From the NCBI GenBank assembly GCA_035445085.1, contig DAOMQA010000003.1:44368-108367 (forward strand): a stretch of DNA of 64,000 nucleotides. The letters are read 5' to 3'. This document shows, piece by piece, positions 18,482-27,769 of this stretch. This stretch comes from Candidatus Kapaibacterium sp. Lineage in GTDB: Bacteria; Bacteroidota; Ignavibacteria; Kapaibacteriales; UBA2268. The stretch's first letter is position 1. The number at the start of each line of letters is the position of its first letter. The translations under genes were made by a program, and so were the position numbers. The notes beneath the pieces are model-generated. The model worked only from the letters and a program-made list of their open reading frames with translations. It was not told the DNA's origin and made no database searches.

Positions 18482-19426
18482 ATGGATAACTTTAAAAGAC
18501 CCGAAGACGAAATTAATTTTTCTAATTTACTTAAAAATCCAATGAGATTAATTGGATTAATATTTCCTATTACATTAATTTTGATTATTGCTGTCGGTAT
18601 GTATTGGGTTTATAATATGGATTCTGCTTTCCTCAATAGAATTCCAGATGTAAAACTAAAACGCGATACCGTAGCAACTGAATTAGTGCAAAAGAAAGGT
18701 GCTGCCGTTGTTGGTGTAAATATTGTCGAAGCTGCTCTATCCACCAAAGAGCAAGTAGCTAAAGGCAAAGAATTATACGCTGCAAATTGTACTTCTTGTC
18801 ATGGCACAGATGGTAAAGGGGACGGCGTTGCTGCCGCTGCCCTTAACCCAAAGCCACGTAATTTTACTTCTAAAGACGGCTGGGTTGTAGGCCGTAAGTT
18901 TTCTGAAATGTATAAGACTTTAGAAGAAGGAATTGCTGGTACAGGAATGGTTTCATACAACTTCCTTCCTATTCCTGATAGAGTGGCTATTATCCACTAT
19001 CTACACTCTATTATGGGAGATTATCCAAAAAATACTCCTGCTGAATTGGAAGAGTTAGCTACTACATATAAATTAAATGAAGGTAAAGCTGAGCCAAATC
19101 AGATTCCTGTTGCTAAAGCTATGAAGCTTTTAGTTACAGAGAATTCCACCAATTTTGATTTGGATAAAAAATTAGCTACATCTATTGTTGATGTTAATAA
19201 TCCTGATTTTAGCTTAATTAAACAAACTGTGGATAATCCGTTGAGAGTTGCTACATTCTTAAGAAAAGATAAAGAATGGACAGCTTCTATGGATTTATTT
19301 TATACTAAAATTTCTTATAACTTGAATTATAGTGGATTTAATTCATCATTTTTAAGACTTAACAAGGAAGATATAAATAAATTATATAATTACTTCCAAA
19401 ATTTAATGAATATTAAACAAGTTTAA
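18482..19426 (+). CDS. Membrane-anchored monoheme cytochrome c
   Basis: N-terminal TM helix, NCTSCHGTDGKGDG, PKPRNF, TGM distal ligand candidate. Confidence 0.85.
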   Translation: MDNFKRPEDEINFSNLLKNPMRLIGLIFPITLILIIAVGMYWVYNMDSAFLNRIPDVKLKRDTVATELVQKKGAAVVGVNIVEAALSTKEQVAKGKELYAANCTSCHGTDGKGDGVAAAALNPKPRNFTSKDGWVVGRKFSEMYKTLEEGIAGTGMVSYNFLPIPDRVAIIHYLHSIMGDYPKNTPAELEELATTYKLNEGKAEPNQIPVAKAMKLLVTENSTNFDLDKKLATSIVDVNNPDFSLIKQTVDNPLRVATFLRKDKEWTASMDLFYTKISYNLNYSGFNSSFLRLNKEDINKLYNYFQNLMNIKQV

Positions 19427-19438
19427 TGAAGAGATGAA

Positions 19439-20233
19439 ATGAAAAAACTCACTCTATCAATTTGCCTGATACTTTGTTTAGGAGCAACTAAGTTTTTAGC
19501 AGAGGATAGACTTGAAGTAGGAATTGAGTACGACAAAAAATTAGGTCAATTCGTTGACCTAAATTTGTCGTTTACAGACTCAGATGGCTCAATAAAAAAA
19601 TTGAAAGATATTATTAAAAAGCCAACTGTTTTATCCTTAGTATATTATCATTGCCCGGGTATTTGTAGTCCCTTACTTACTAACTTAGGTAAAGTAATCG
19701 ACCAAGCTCAAGTAGAGCCGGGCAAAGATTATCAAGTATTAACCATCAGCTTTGACCCTAAAGAAGATGCCCCGCTTGCGGCTAAGTGGAAAAATAATTA
19801 CCTTAAATCATTAAAAAGACCTGTAAAATCAGAAGATTGGTCTTTTATGGTTGGAGATAGCTTAAATATAGCTAAAATTACCGACCAAGTTGGATTTAGA
19901 TACAAATCCGACGGTAAAGATGATTATATTCACTCAGGAGCCCTCATTGTATTGGGAACAGATGGAAAAATCGATAGGTATCTATTAGGTACTGATTATT
20001 TACCTTTCGACTTTAAAATGGCGGTATATGAAACTGCAAAAGGTATTGCTGCACCGCCAATTTCCAGAATGTTAGCATATTGCTATAGCTATGATCCTAA
20101 TGGCAGAACTTATGTATTTAATTTTACAAAAGTTGCCGGCACCATAATATTTGTTGGTGCGGGTGTTCTGCTGCTTACTTTGATATTAAAAGGTCGTTCT
20201 AAAAATTCCAATAATGGAGGTCTTAATGTCTGA
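19439..20233 (+). CDS. sco: SCO family copper chaperone
   Basis: YYHCPGICSPLL (CxxxC), YIHSGAL, C-terminal TM helix. Confidence 0.9.
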   Translation: MKKLTLSICLILCLGATKFLAEDRLEVGIEYDKKLGQFVDLNLSFTDSDGSIKKLKDIIKKPTVLSLVYYHCPGICSPLLTNLGKVIDQAQVEPGKDYQVLTISFDPKEDAPLAAKWKNNYLKSLKRPVKSEDWSFMVGDSLNIAKITDQVGFRYKSDGKDDYIHSGALIVLGTDGKIDRYLLGTDYLPFDFKMAVYETAKGIAAPPISRMLAYCYSYDPNGRTYVFNFTKVAGTIIFVGAGVLLLTLILKGRSKNSNNGGLNV

Positions 20234-21869
20234 TTCTACAGTTGCGTCAAGCAATTACGTGAATTATTTCGACTACAAAGGAAAGTATAGTGGTATTGGT
20301 GCGTGGTTGCTTACTGTTGACCACAAACGCATAGGCTTGCTTTACTTGTTCTCGATTATTACATTCTTTCTTGTAGGTATGACTCTCGGATTCTTTATGA
20401 GATTAGAGATGTTAACTACTGGTGAGACAATAATGAAACCGCAAACTTACAATGCTTTGTTTACATTGCATGGTATAGTGATGGTTTTCTTGGTAATCAT
20501 TCCTGGTATTCCTGCCGGTTTCGGGAATTTCTTTCTACCAATTTTGATTGGGGCAGAAGATGTTGCTTTTCCTAAATGGAATCTAACATCATGGTATTTA
20601 TATACAATCGGTGGTTTATTTGTTATCGTATCACTTTTTCTTAGTGGCGGTCCTATTGATACTGGTTGGACTTTTTATGCTCCCTATAGTCTTCGTACTG
20701 GGACGCAAGTTATTCTGCCTCTTTTAGGCGCTTTTATTCTTGGTTTTTCTTCAGTTTTGACAGGGCTTAATTTCATAGTTACTGTTCATCGCTTAAGAGC
20801 ACCCGGAATGAGTTTCTTTAAAATGCCTTTATTTGTATGGTCTTTATATTCTACTGCATGGATACAAATAATAGGTACTCCAATAATAGGTATTACTATT
20901 TTATTAGTAATTGTTGAGCGTTTATTTGGCGTTGGTGTATTCGACCCAGCTATGGGGGGAGATCCAATTCTGTTTCAACACTTATTTTGGATATATTCGC
21001 ACCCTGCTGTATATATTATGATATTGCCAGCAATGGGTGTAGTCTCTGAAATAATTCCAACATTTTCTAGGAGAACCATTTTTGGTTATACTGCCGTTGC
21101 AATGTCTAGCTTAGCTATTGCATTTGTTGGAACATTAGTTTGGGGACATCATATGTTCACTTCAGGAATGAGTGATGAATCTCGCTGGATATATTCATTC
21201 CTTACATTCATTGTGGCTTTACCTTCGGGTGTAAAAGTATTTAACTGGGTAGCTACAATGTACAAGGCTTCGATAAAACCTGAAACGCCGTTCTTATTTG
21301 TAATGGCTTTTATTTTCTTGTTCTCTATTGGAGGTTTAACAGGGCTGACTGTTGGCGCTTTGGCTACAGATATCCACCTTCATGATACTTATTTCGTAGT
21401 TGGGCACTTCCACTATGTAATGTTTGGTGGTACAATGTTTATATTTTTTGCTGGCTTGCATTATTGGTTCCCAAAAATGTTTGGCAGAATGTATAACGCA
21501 AAAGTCGCAAATACTGCTTTAGTGTTTATGGTTGTTGGTTTCAATATGCTATATTTTACTTTCTTTATACTTGGTTACTTAGGTATGCCACGTAGGTATT
21601 ATGATTATTTACCAGAATTTCATAATTTGCATGTAGTTGCAACCGTTGGATCGTGGGTTATGATTACAGGCATATTAATAATGTTCGGAAATTTATTTAT
21701 AGCTATGAAAAAAGGTAAAAAGGCAGTTGCAAACCCTTGGGGAGGTATGACATTAGAATGGTCTATACCATCGCCACCACCTATGACCAACTTCGTAAAA
21801 ATGCCAACGGTGAAATATGGTCCTTATGATTATGAACATTATGAAGAGGTAATGAAGAATGAGCACTAA
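20226..21869 (+). CDS. ctaD: Heme-copper oxidase subunit I, type A2
   Basis: TVDHKRIG, TLHG, FWIYSHPAVY (YSHPxV = A2), WGHH, HFHYV; likely ATG at 20226 after GGAGG. Confidence 0.96.
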   Translation: MSDSTVASSNYVNYFDYKGKYSGIGAWLLTVDHKRIGLLYLFSIITFFLVGMTLGFFMRLEMLTTGETIMKPQTYNALFTLHGIVMVFLVIIPGIPAGFGNFFLPILIGAEDVAFPKWNLTSWYLYTIGGLFVIVSLFLSGGPIDTGWTFYAPYSLRTGTQVILPLLGAFILGFSSVLTGLNFIVTVHRLRAPGMSFFKMPLFVWSLYSTAWIQIIGTPIIGITILLVIVERLFGVGVFDPAMGGDPILFQHLFWIYSHPAVYIMILPAMGVVSEIIPTFSRRTIFGYTAVAMSSLAIAFVGTLVWGHHMFTSGMSDESRWIYSFLTFIVALPSGVKVFNWVATMYKASIKPETPFLFVMAFIFLFSIGGLTGLTVGALATDIHLHDTYFVVGHFHYVMFGGTMFIFFAGLHYWFPKMFGRMYNAKVANTALVFMVVGFNMLYFTFFILGYLGMPRRYYDYLPEFHNLHVVATVGSWVMITGILIMFGNLFIAMKKGKKAVANPWGGMTLEWSIPSPPPMTNFVKMPTVKYGPYDYEHYEEVMKNEH

Positions 21870-22518
21870 TATTAATGCTGAAGCTATAACTAATTTATCG
21901 CACCAAGAAGCCCATACCGAAGGGCATGTTCATCGCGATGACTACGGTTCTAAATTAGGAATGTGGTTGTTTCTTTTTACCGAATTGCTTTTGTTCGGAG
22001 GTCTATTTGTTTTATATATGGCATATAGGCACGATTATTTCCCGATGTTTCAATTAGGAGCAAAGGAACTTAAAATTTATATGGGTGGACTTAATACCTT
22101 AGTTTTGCTTACAAGTAGTTTAACAATGGTATTATCTATTACCGCATTACAAAGAAAAAGCATCAAAGGCTCGATATTTTGGCTTTTAACAACTATATTT
22201 TTTGCCTTTGGTTTTTTAATTATAAAATTTTTAGAGTGGTCCGAAAAATATCACCATGGCTTATTTCCAAAGGCTGAAAACCTACTAAATCAACCTGAAG
22301 GCGTGAAAGTATTTTTCGGCTTATATTATACTATGACTGGTTTACATGGTATTCACGTTATTATTGGTATTCTTATATTATCATATATGGTGATTAGAAT
22401 ACTGAATGGTAAAGTAACACCAGATAAATTCGTCCCACTTGAGAACGCTGGTTTATACTGGCACTTAGTAGATCTTATATGGATATTTTTATTCCCATTA
22501 TTTTATTTATTACATTGA
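21859..22518 (+). CDS. ctaE: Cytochrome c oxidase subunit III
   Basis: LGMWLFLFTELLLFGGLF, TGLHGIHV, GLYWHLVDLIWIFLFP. Confidence 0.93.
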   Translation: MSTNINAEAITNLSHQEAHTEGHVHRDDYGSKLGMWLFLFTELLLFGGLFVLYMAYRHDYFPMFQLGAKELKIYMGGLNTLVLLTSSLTMVLSITALQRKSIKGSIFWLLTTIFFAFGFLIIKFLEWSEKYHHGLFPKAENLLNQPEGVKVFFGLYYTMTGLHGIHVIIGILILSYMVIRILNGKVTPDKFVPLENAGLYWHLVDLIWIFLFPLFYLLH

Positions 22519-22526
22519 GGTAACTT

Positions 22527-22835
22527 ATGATAGATAGTCAAAAAGATGATGGGAGAATTGCCCACGCTCACTCGCCGACTTATGGCGTTAATATAATGGT
22601 GTGGCTTACACTGGTGTCGCTGACTGTGATTACTATTGCTATAGCTGGACTTAATTTAGGCACTTTTACTTTGGCAGTGGCACTTTTAATTGCCGCTATC
22701 AAATCGTATTATGTTGTTTCTTACTTTATGCATATCAAATTTGAAGACAAGTTATTTAAAATTTGCTTGATATTTGTTTTATGTATTGTTCTCGTTGTTA
22801 TGGTTTTAACTGCTTTTGACGTATTTTATAGGTAG
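22527..22835 (+). CDS. ctaF: Cytochrome c oxidase subunit IV
   Basis: Three TM helices, IKSYYVVSYFMHIKFE. Confidence 0.88.
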   Translation: MIDSQKDDGRIAHAHSPTYGVNIMVWLTLVSLTVITIAIAGLNLGTFTLAVALLIAAIKSYYVVSYFMHIKFEDKLFKICLIFVLCIVLVVMVLTAFDVFYR

Positions 22836-22845
22836 GGAGGAAAAA

Positions 22846-23481
22846 ATGTTTAATAATGCTTCTAATTATGCTAATTCTGTTGATTCAGTAATGATGCTAA
22901 TTACTGTAATCTCTGCCATATTGTTGTTCGGAGTAACTTTTGTAATGATTTACTTCGTATTTAGGTATAGTAGAAAGAGAAACCCGGTTGCTACCCAAAT
23001 TCATGAAAACTTAGGCTTAGAAATAGCCTTTGTTGTTATTCCTACTATTTTAGTTATGATAATGTTTTGGTATGGCTTCGATGGTTTTAGAAAGCTACGT
23101 GCAGAAACTGACGGGGCTTATGAAGTAAAGGCTTATGCCTTTATGTGGGGTTGGAATTTTCAATATGAAAATGGAAAACAATCAGATACTTTATATATAC
23201 CGCTGAGTAAGATTACAAAAGTTCGTTTAACATCGCGAGATGTTGTTCATAGTTTTTTTATACCTGCTTTTAGATTAAAAGAAGACGTTGTTGCTGGGAA
23301 AGAGCATTATGTTGTGCTTACTCCTAAAGAAGTAGGGTCTTATGATATAGCTTGTGCAGAATATTGTGGCTTAAATCACTCTAAAATGTACACACGCTTA
23401 AAGGTATTAAAAGATGATGAATTTAATCAATGGTTGCAGGGCGGTATTGCCAATAATAATAGTACAAATAAGCAACAATAA
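22846..23481 (+). CDS. ctaC: Cytochrome c oxidase subunit II (CuA), no fused cytochrome c
   Basis: DVVHSFFIP, CAEYCGLNHSKM; likely ATG at 22846 after GGAGG. Confidence 0.94.
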   Translation: MFNNASNYANSVDSVMMLITVISAILLFGVTFVMIYFVFRYSRKRNPVATQIHENLGLEIAFVVIPTILVMIMFWYGFDGFRKLRAETDGAYEVKAYAFMWGWNFQYENGKQSDTLYIPLSKITKVRLTSRDVVHSFFIPAFRLKEDVVAGKEHYVVLTPKEVGSYDIACAEYCGLNHSKMYTRLKVLKDDEFNQWLQGGIANNNSTNKQQ

Positions 23482-23537
23482 TGTTGCATATTTAGTAACT
23501 AAATGAAAAAGAATAATTTATTCATACATATAATATA

Positions 23538-24410
23538 ATGACTAATAATTTACATAAACTATATAGAAATTTGTTTGAATTAGGCAAAGTAAGAGTTACT
23601 TCTTTTGTTGCCATATCTGGCTCTGTTGGCTATGTTCTAGCAAAGGGGAGTATTGATTTTGACTTATTATTAGCAACGCTCGGAATATTGATTTTATCAA
23701 TCGGAGGAGCTGCTTTTAATAATATTCAGGAAATTAATACTGACGCCCTTATGAATAGAACTAAATCCCGTCCATTGCCCACAAATAGAATGTCTAAAAA
23801 GCAAGCTATTCTTTGGGCTTCTATATTTTTGTATGGTGGTATGTTGTTATTGTATTTTATCTTTGGCCTGCAGACGTTAATTTTAGGCTTTGCGACTTTT
23901 GTAGCGTATAATTTAATATATACTCCTTTAAAGAAACATACTCTTTTAGCTGTAATACCCGGCGCTATATCCGGTGTATTACCGCCTATTATTGGCTGGT
24001 CAGCAGGGAATGGTTCTTTACAAGACCCTAAAATTTTGGCTCTGAGCATATTCTTTTTTATTTGGCAAATTCCTCATACTTGGTTTGTAATGCTTATCTA
24101 TGATAATGATTATAGGCAAGCGGGGTTCCCTACTCCATCTAAATATTTAACAGAAGAACAACTAAAAAAGATTACTTATATTGGAGTAGCCACGTTAGCA
24201 TCGTCTTGTATGCTAATACCATATTTGGGCGGCACTAATAGTATTGTTACAAATATATTATTGCTTTTGGCAGGATTTGTAATAGTATGGCGAACTCGTT
24301 CTTTAGTAATCAAATACGACAAAAGTTTTAATTTAAAACATGCCTTTTTAGATATTAATCTATATGTATTATCAGTCGTAATTTTATTAATGATTGATAA
24401 ATTTGTATAA
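23538..24410 (+). CDS. ctaB: Protoheme IX farnesyltransferase (heme o synthase)
   Basis: DALMNRTKSRPLP, YTPLKK, GVLPPIIGW, WQIPH. Confidence 0.92.
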   Translation: MTNNLHKLYRNLFELGKVRVTSFVAISGSVGYVLAKGSIDFDLLLATLGILILSIGGAAFNNIQEINTDALMNRTKSRPLPTNRMSKKQAILWASIFLYGGMLLLYFIFGLQTLILGFATFVAYNLIYTPLKKHTLLAVIPGAISGVLPPIIGWSAGNGSLQDPKILALSIFFFIWQIPHTWFVMLIYDNDYRQAGFPTPSKYLTEEQLKKITYIGVATLASSCMLIPYLGGTNSIVTNILLLLAGFVIVWRTRSLVIKYDKSFNLKHAFLDINLYVLSVVILLMIDKFV

Positions 24411-24433
24411 CAATAGTACAACGAGGACAATTT

Positions 24434-25759
24434 ATGAATTTCTTAGACAAATTAGTAATTCCACAGCCAGACTATAACCTAAATATGCTTAATGCTCTTT
24501 TGGTATTAGCCTTAGCTGTTTATATTATATATAATGCAACAATGTTCGGTTCGATACTCTTATCTGTATTTTTTAAAAGAAAAAGTAAGTCTAACGAGGA
24601 TAATTCTGCGAAGACTGCTCTTTCATATGCTGCGTTGGTTACAGATAAGTTTATGTATGCGTTTGGGCTTAGCATTGTTCCATTTCTTTCGATTATATTT
24701 ATTTATACTCAACTTTTACATAAGGCAAACCCCGAAATTGCAGCTTATTTGATGTATGCATTCGTTCTTTATGTAATTGGCTTAGCTCTTGCTTTTTTAT
24801 ATAACAAAGTACTTGCTACTGGCAGTAAATCGGCTAATGATGACAAATCATTTAATTTGCAAGGTATCAACCTTGCATCATATTCAAGATTTAACCCATA
24901 TGGATTTATATCATTAGTGTTTCAATTGCTATCTTATTGGATATTAATTGCATCTATAAATTTAGCAAGCCATCAAAGCCATTGGGCTAATGATGGTTTT
25001 GTTAAAATGCTATTCTCAATAGATTCAATAGTTGATTTTACACAATTTATTATTATTTCCTTATCATTAGCAGCTATTACATTCCTTTTCAGAAATTACT
25101 CTTGGGATAAGAAAAATATTAATGGCGATGAAGTTAATTCATCTATATTCAAATCTAATCTATGGATAGCTTTAATCTCATCTATCTTGGTATCGACTTT
25201 CTTTGCCATTGGTATCTGGACACTTGCTAAACAATCATTTAGCACTTCAATTTTCTTTGCCTCAATAGCTGGTGTTATATTAGTTGTTTTATCTCTTCAA
25301 TGGCTTTATGTGTCGTATAGAGATAAAAAATTTAACTTAATAAACTATGCTTATTTGGCTATGATTATTGTTGTCTTTATATTTGCATTCAGAGATAAGA
25401 CAGCTTTTGCTGTTTCGAATAAGGCAAACGTAGTTACTTTGAATGAAGATTATAATGTGCATCATGATGAGTTTGTTGCTTCTCTGGGTTTAGGTAAAAA
25501 AGAAATTAATGGCGGTGAAATTTATTCGGGTAGATGTGTTGCTTGTCATAGAGACGAGGATTCACCTACAGCCCCAGCTCATAAAAATGTAATTAAAAAG
25601 TATTTATCTCAAGCGGACCCAAAAGCTGCATTAGTTAAGTTTATTATGAGCCCTGTAAAAGTAAATCCAGCTTACCCGCCTATGCCAAATCCAGGATTAA
25701 CGCCTGCTGAAGCAAATGCGGTAGCAGAGTTTATGGTTAGTAAATATAGTACAAAATAA
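24434..25759 (+). CDS. Polytopic membrane protein with C-terminal cytochrome c domain
   Basis: About 9-10 hydrophobic segments, then GGEIYSGRCVACH and YPPMP. Confidence 0.8.
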   Translation: MNFLDKLVIPQPDYNLNMLNALLVLALAVYIIYNATMFGSILLSVFFKRKSKSNEDNSAKTALSYAALVTDKFMYAFGLSIVPFLSIIFIYTQLLHKANPEIAAYLMYAFVLYVIGLALAFLYNKVLATGSKSANDDKSFNLQGINLASYSRFNPYGFISLVFQLLSYWILIASINLASHQSHWANDGFVKMLFSIDSIVDFTQFIIISLSLAAITFLFRNYSWDKKNINGDEVNSSIFKSNLWIALISSILVSTFFAIGIWTLAKQSFSTSIFFASIAGVILVVLSLQWLYVSYRDKKFNLINYAYLAMIIVVFIFAFRDKTAFAVSNKANVVTLNEDYNVHHDEFVASLGLGKKEINGGEIYSGRCVACHRDEDSPTAPAHKNVIKKYLSQADPKAALVKFIMSPVKVNPAYPPMPNPGLTPAEANAVAEFMVSKYSTK

Positions 25760-25782
25760 TTTGACACAAAACACAAAATAAT

Positions 25783-26673
25783 ATGATTAAAAATATAATT
25801 GCCGGATCTAAAAATCCGGCTTTCTTGCCTATAAAAATGTTTTATTACTACTTGTTTAACAAGTATTATGAAATAAATAATTTGATAGATAAAATTCAAA
25901 TTAATGATGATAAATCATTATATATCGTTCTAAAAAATAGCATCAAGTTGCTATATAAGCCATATACTTTAGATGCAGATATTAATTTTACAGAAAGATA
26001 TAAATATGGGCAAAAATCGAAGATGGACAAGATACTTAATGTAGAAAAGTACTACTTTATCTATGATTTGATGCACGAAATTTATGTAAAGAATGATTAT
26101 TTTAAGTTCTTTAATATCAAAACTGATGATGTCGTGTTAGATGCGGGTGCAAATATTGGCTTATTTACTGTCTTAGCGGGTAAAAAGCTAAATAATACTG
26201 GCATGGTGATAGCCGTTGAACCTGACGATAATAATTTTGAAATGCTCCAAGCTAATATCGAGTTGAATAATTTAAAAAATATAAGCCCATATAAAAAAGG
26301 TTTATGGTCTAAAAATACGAATTTAGAATTTTTAATTGGCAATCGCCCAGGCGAGCATTCGCTAATAGATAATGAACAATCATCTGGAAAGAAAGTTGTT
26401 ATCGAATGTGTGTCATTAGACTCCTTATTAGATACTTTTGCTATACCGAACTTCGATTTTATAAAAATGGATATTGAAGGTGCAGAAATTGAAGTCGTTC
26501 TAAATTCCATCAAAGTATTAGAAAATACTAAAACTAAATGGGTGATTGAAGCCTTGCATTCAGTAGATGGCGTACCAGCTTTCAAGAAGATAATACCATT
26601 TTTACAGAAAAATAATTTTAAAATTTTGAGTGAAGCCGATAGCTATCGGGGTACAATTTACGCTGTAAAGTAA
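25783..26673 (+). CDS. FkbM family SAM-dependent methyltransferase
   Basis: VLDAGANIGLFT, AVEPD, FIKMDIEGAE; start may be 25837. Confidence 0.88.
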   Translation: MIKNIIAGSKNPAFLPIKMFYYYLFNKYYEINNLIDKIQINDDKSLYIVLKNSIKLLYKPYTLDADINFTERYKYGQKSKMDKILNVEKYYFIYDLMHEIYVKNDYFKFFNIKTDDVVLDAGANIGLFTVLAGKKLNNTGMVIAVEPDDNNFEMLQANIELNNLKNISPYKKGLWSKNTNLEFLIGNRPGEHSLIDNEQSSGKKVVIECVSLDSLLDTFAIPNFDFIKMDIEGAEIEVVLNSIKVLENTKTKWVIEALHSVDGVPAFKKIIPFLQKNNFKILSEADSYRGTIYAVK

Positions 26674-26735
26674 ATTTAAAATTATTTTTTTAAGATTTAT
26701 AAACTTACTTTTGTATTTGTAATTTCAGAGGTAAG

Positions 26736-27752
26736 TTGATGTTAAGGGTAGCAATTATTGGTTGTGGGTATTGGGGAGCGCACTTAATTCGGAATTTTAA
26801 TAATTCTGACTTATGGCAAGTGTCCTATTTGTGTGATATAGATATAGCTCATCTACAAAATATATCAAAGCAATATCCAGGTATCCCTACAACTACTCAT
26901 TATCAAGATATTTTGAATGATAGTACAATAGATGCAGTGGTGATTGCAAGCTCATCGGCTACACATTTCCAAATTGCAAAAGATGCTTTATTGTCTGGTA
27001 AAAATATATGGGTAGAAAAGCCATTTACACAAGACTCTAAGGAAGCCCAAGAATTAATATCCTTAGCTAAAGAGCTAAACCTTATAATTAATGTGGATCA
27101 TACTTATTTATATACTTCTGCAATTGAAAAAATTAAAGAAATAATTGATAGTGGCGAACTGGGTAGTATTATATATATTGATACCATTCGCATAAATTTA
27201 GGGCTATTTAGACACGACGAAAATGTTCTTTGGGACCTTGCTCCACACGACATATCTATTATAAACTATATACACCCTATACAAGCTATCTCCGTTAGTG
27301 CTACTGGAAACTCCTATTACCCTTATAGCAATAAAAAATTAGAAGAAGTGGCATACATTACAATTAAATTTGCAGATAAATCAGTTGCTCATATAAATGT
27401 AAATTGGCTCTCCCCTATTAAAATTAGGCAGATGATAATTGGGGGTACTAAAAAAATGTTAGTTTTTGATGATATGCTTAATACAGAAAAAATCAAAGTA
27501 TATAATAGTGGCGTAACACTTCAAAATAGAGAAGATATTTATGATGTACTTGTCCAATATAGGACTGGTGATATGTACTCACCAGCATTAAAAAGCAATG
27601 AAGCTTTGGCTACTGAATGCAAGCATTTCTATGATAGAATTGTAAGTAAAGTTAAAACTAATACTGATGGTGAAGCAGGCTTACTAAATGTTAAAATTCT
27701 TGAAGCTGCACAACAATCATTAGATAGTGGTGGGAAAGAAATATTATTATAA
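26736..27752 (+). CDS. Gfo/Idh/MocA family oxidoreductase
   Basis: VAIIGCGYWG, WVEKP, WDLAPHDIS. Confidence 0.9.
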   Translation: MMLRVAIIGCGYWGAHLIRNFNNSDLWQVSYLCDIDIAHLQNISKQYPGIPTTTHYQDILNDSTIDAVVIASSSATHFQIAKDALLSGKNIWVEKPFTQDSKEAQELISLAKELNLIINVDHTYLYTSAIEKIKEIIDSGELGSIIYIDTIRINLGLFRHDENVLWDLAPHDISIINYIHPIQAISVSATGNSYYPYSNKKLEEVAYITIKFADKSVAHINVNWLSPIKIRQMIIGGTKKMLVFDDMLNTEKIKVYNSGVTLQNREDIYDVLVQYRTGDMYSPALKSNEALATECKHFYDRIVSKVKTNTDGEAGLLNVKILEAAQQSLDSGGKEILL

Positions 27753-27769
27753 ATTAAAGAAAAATAGTT

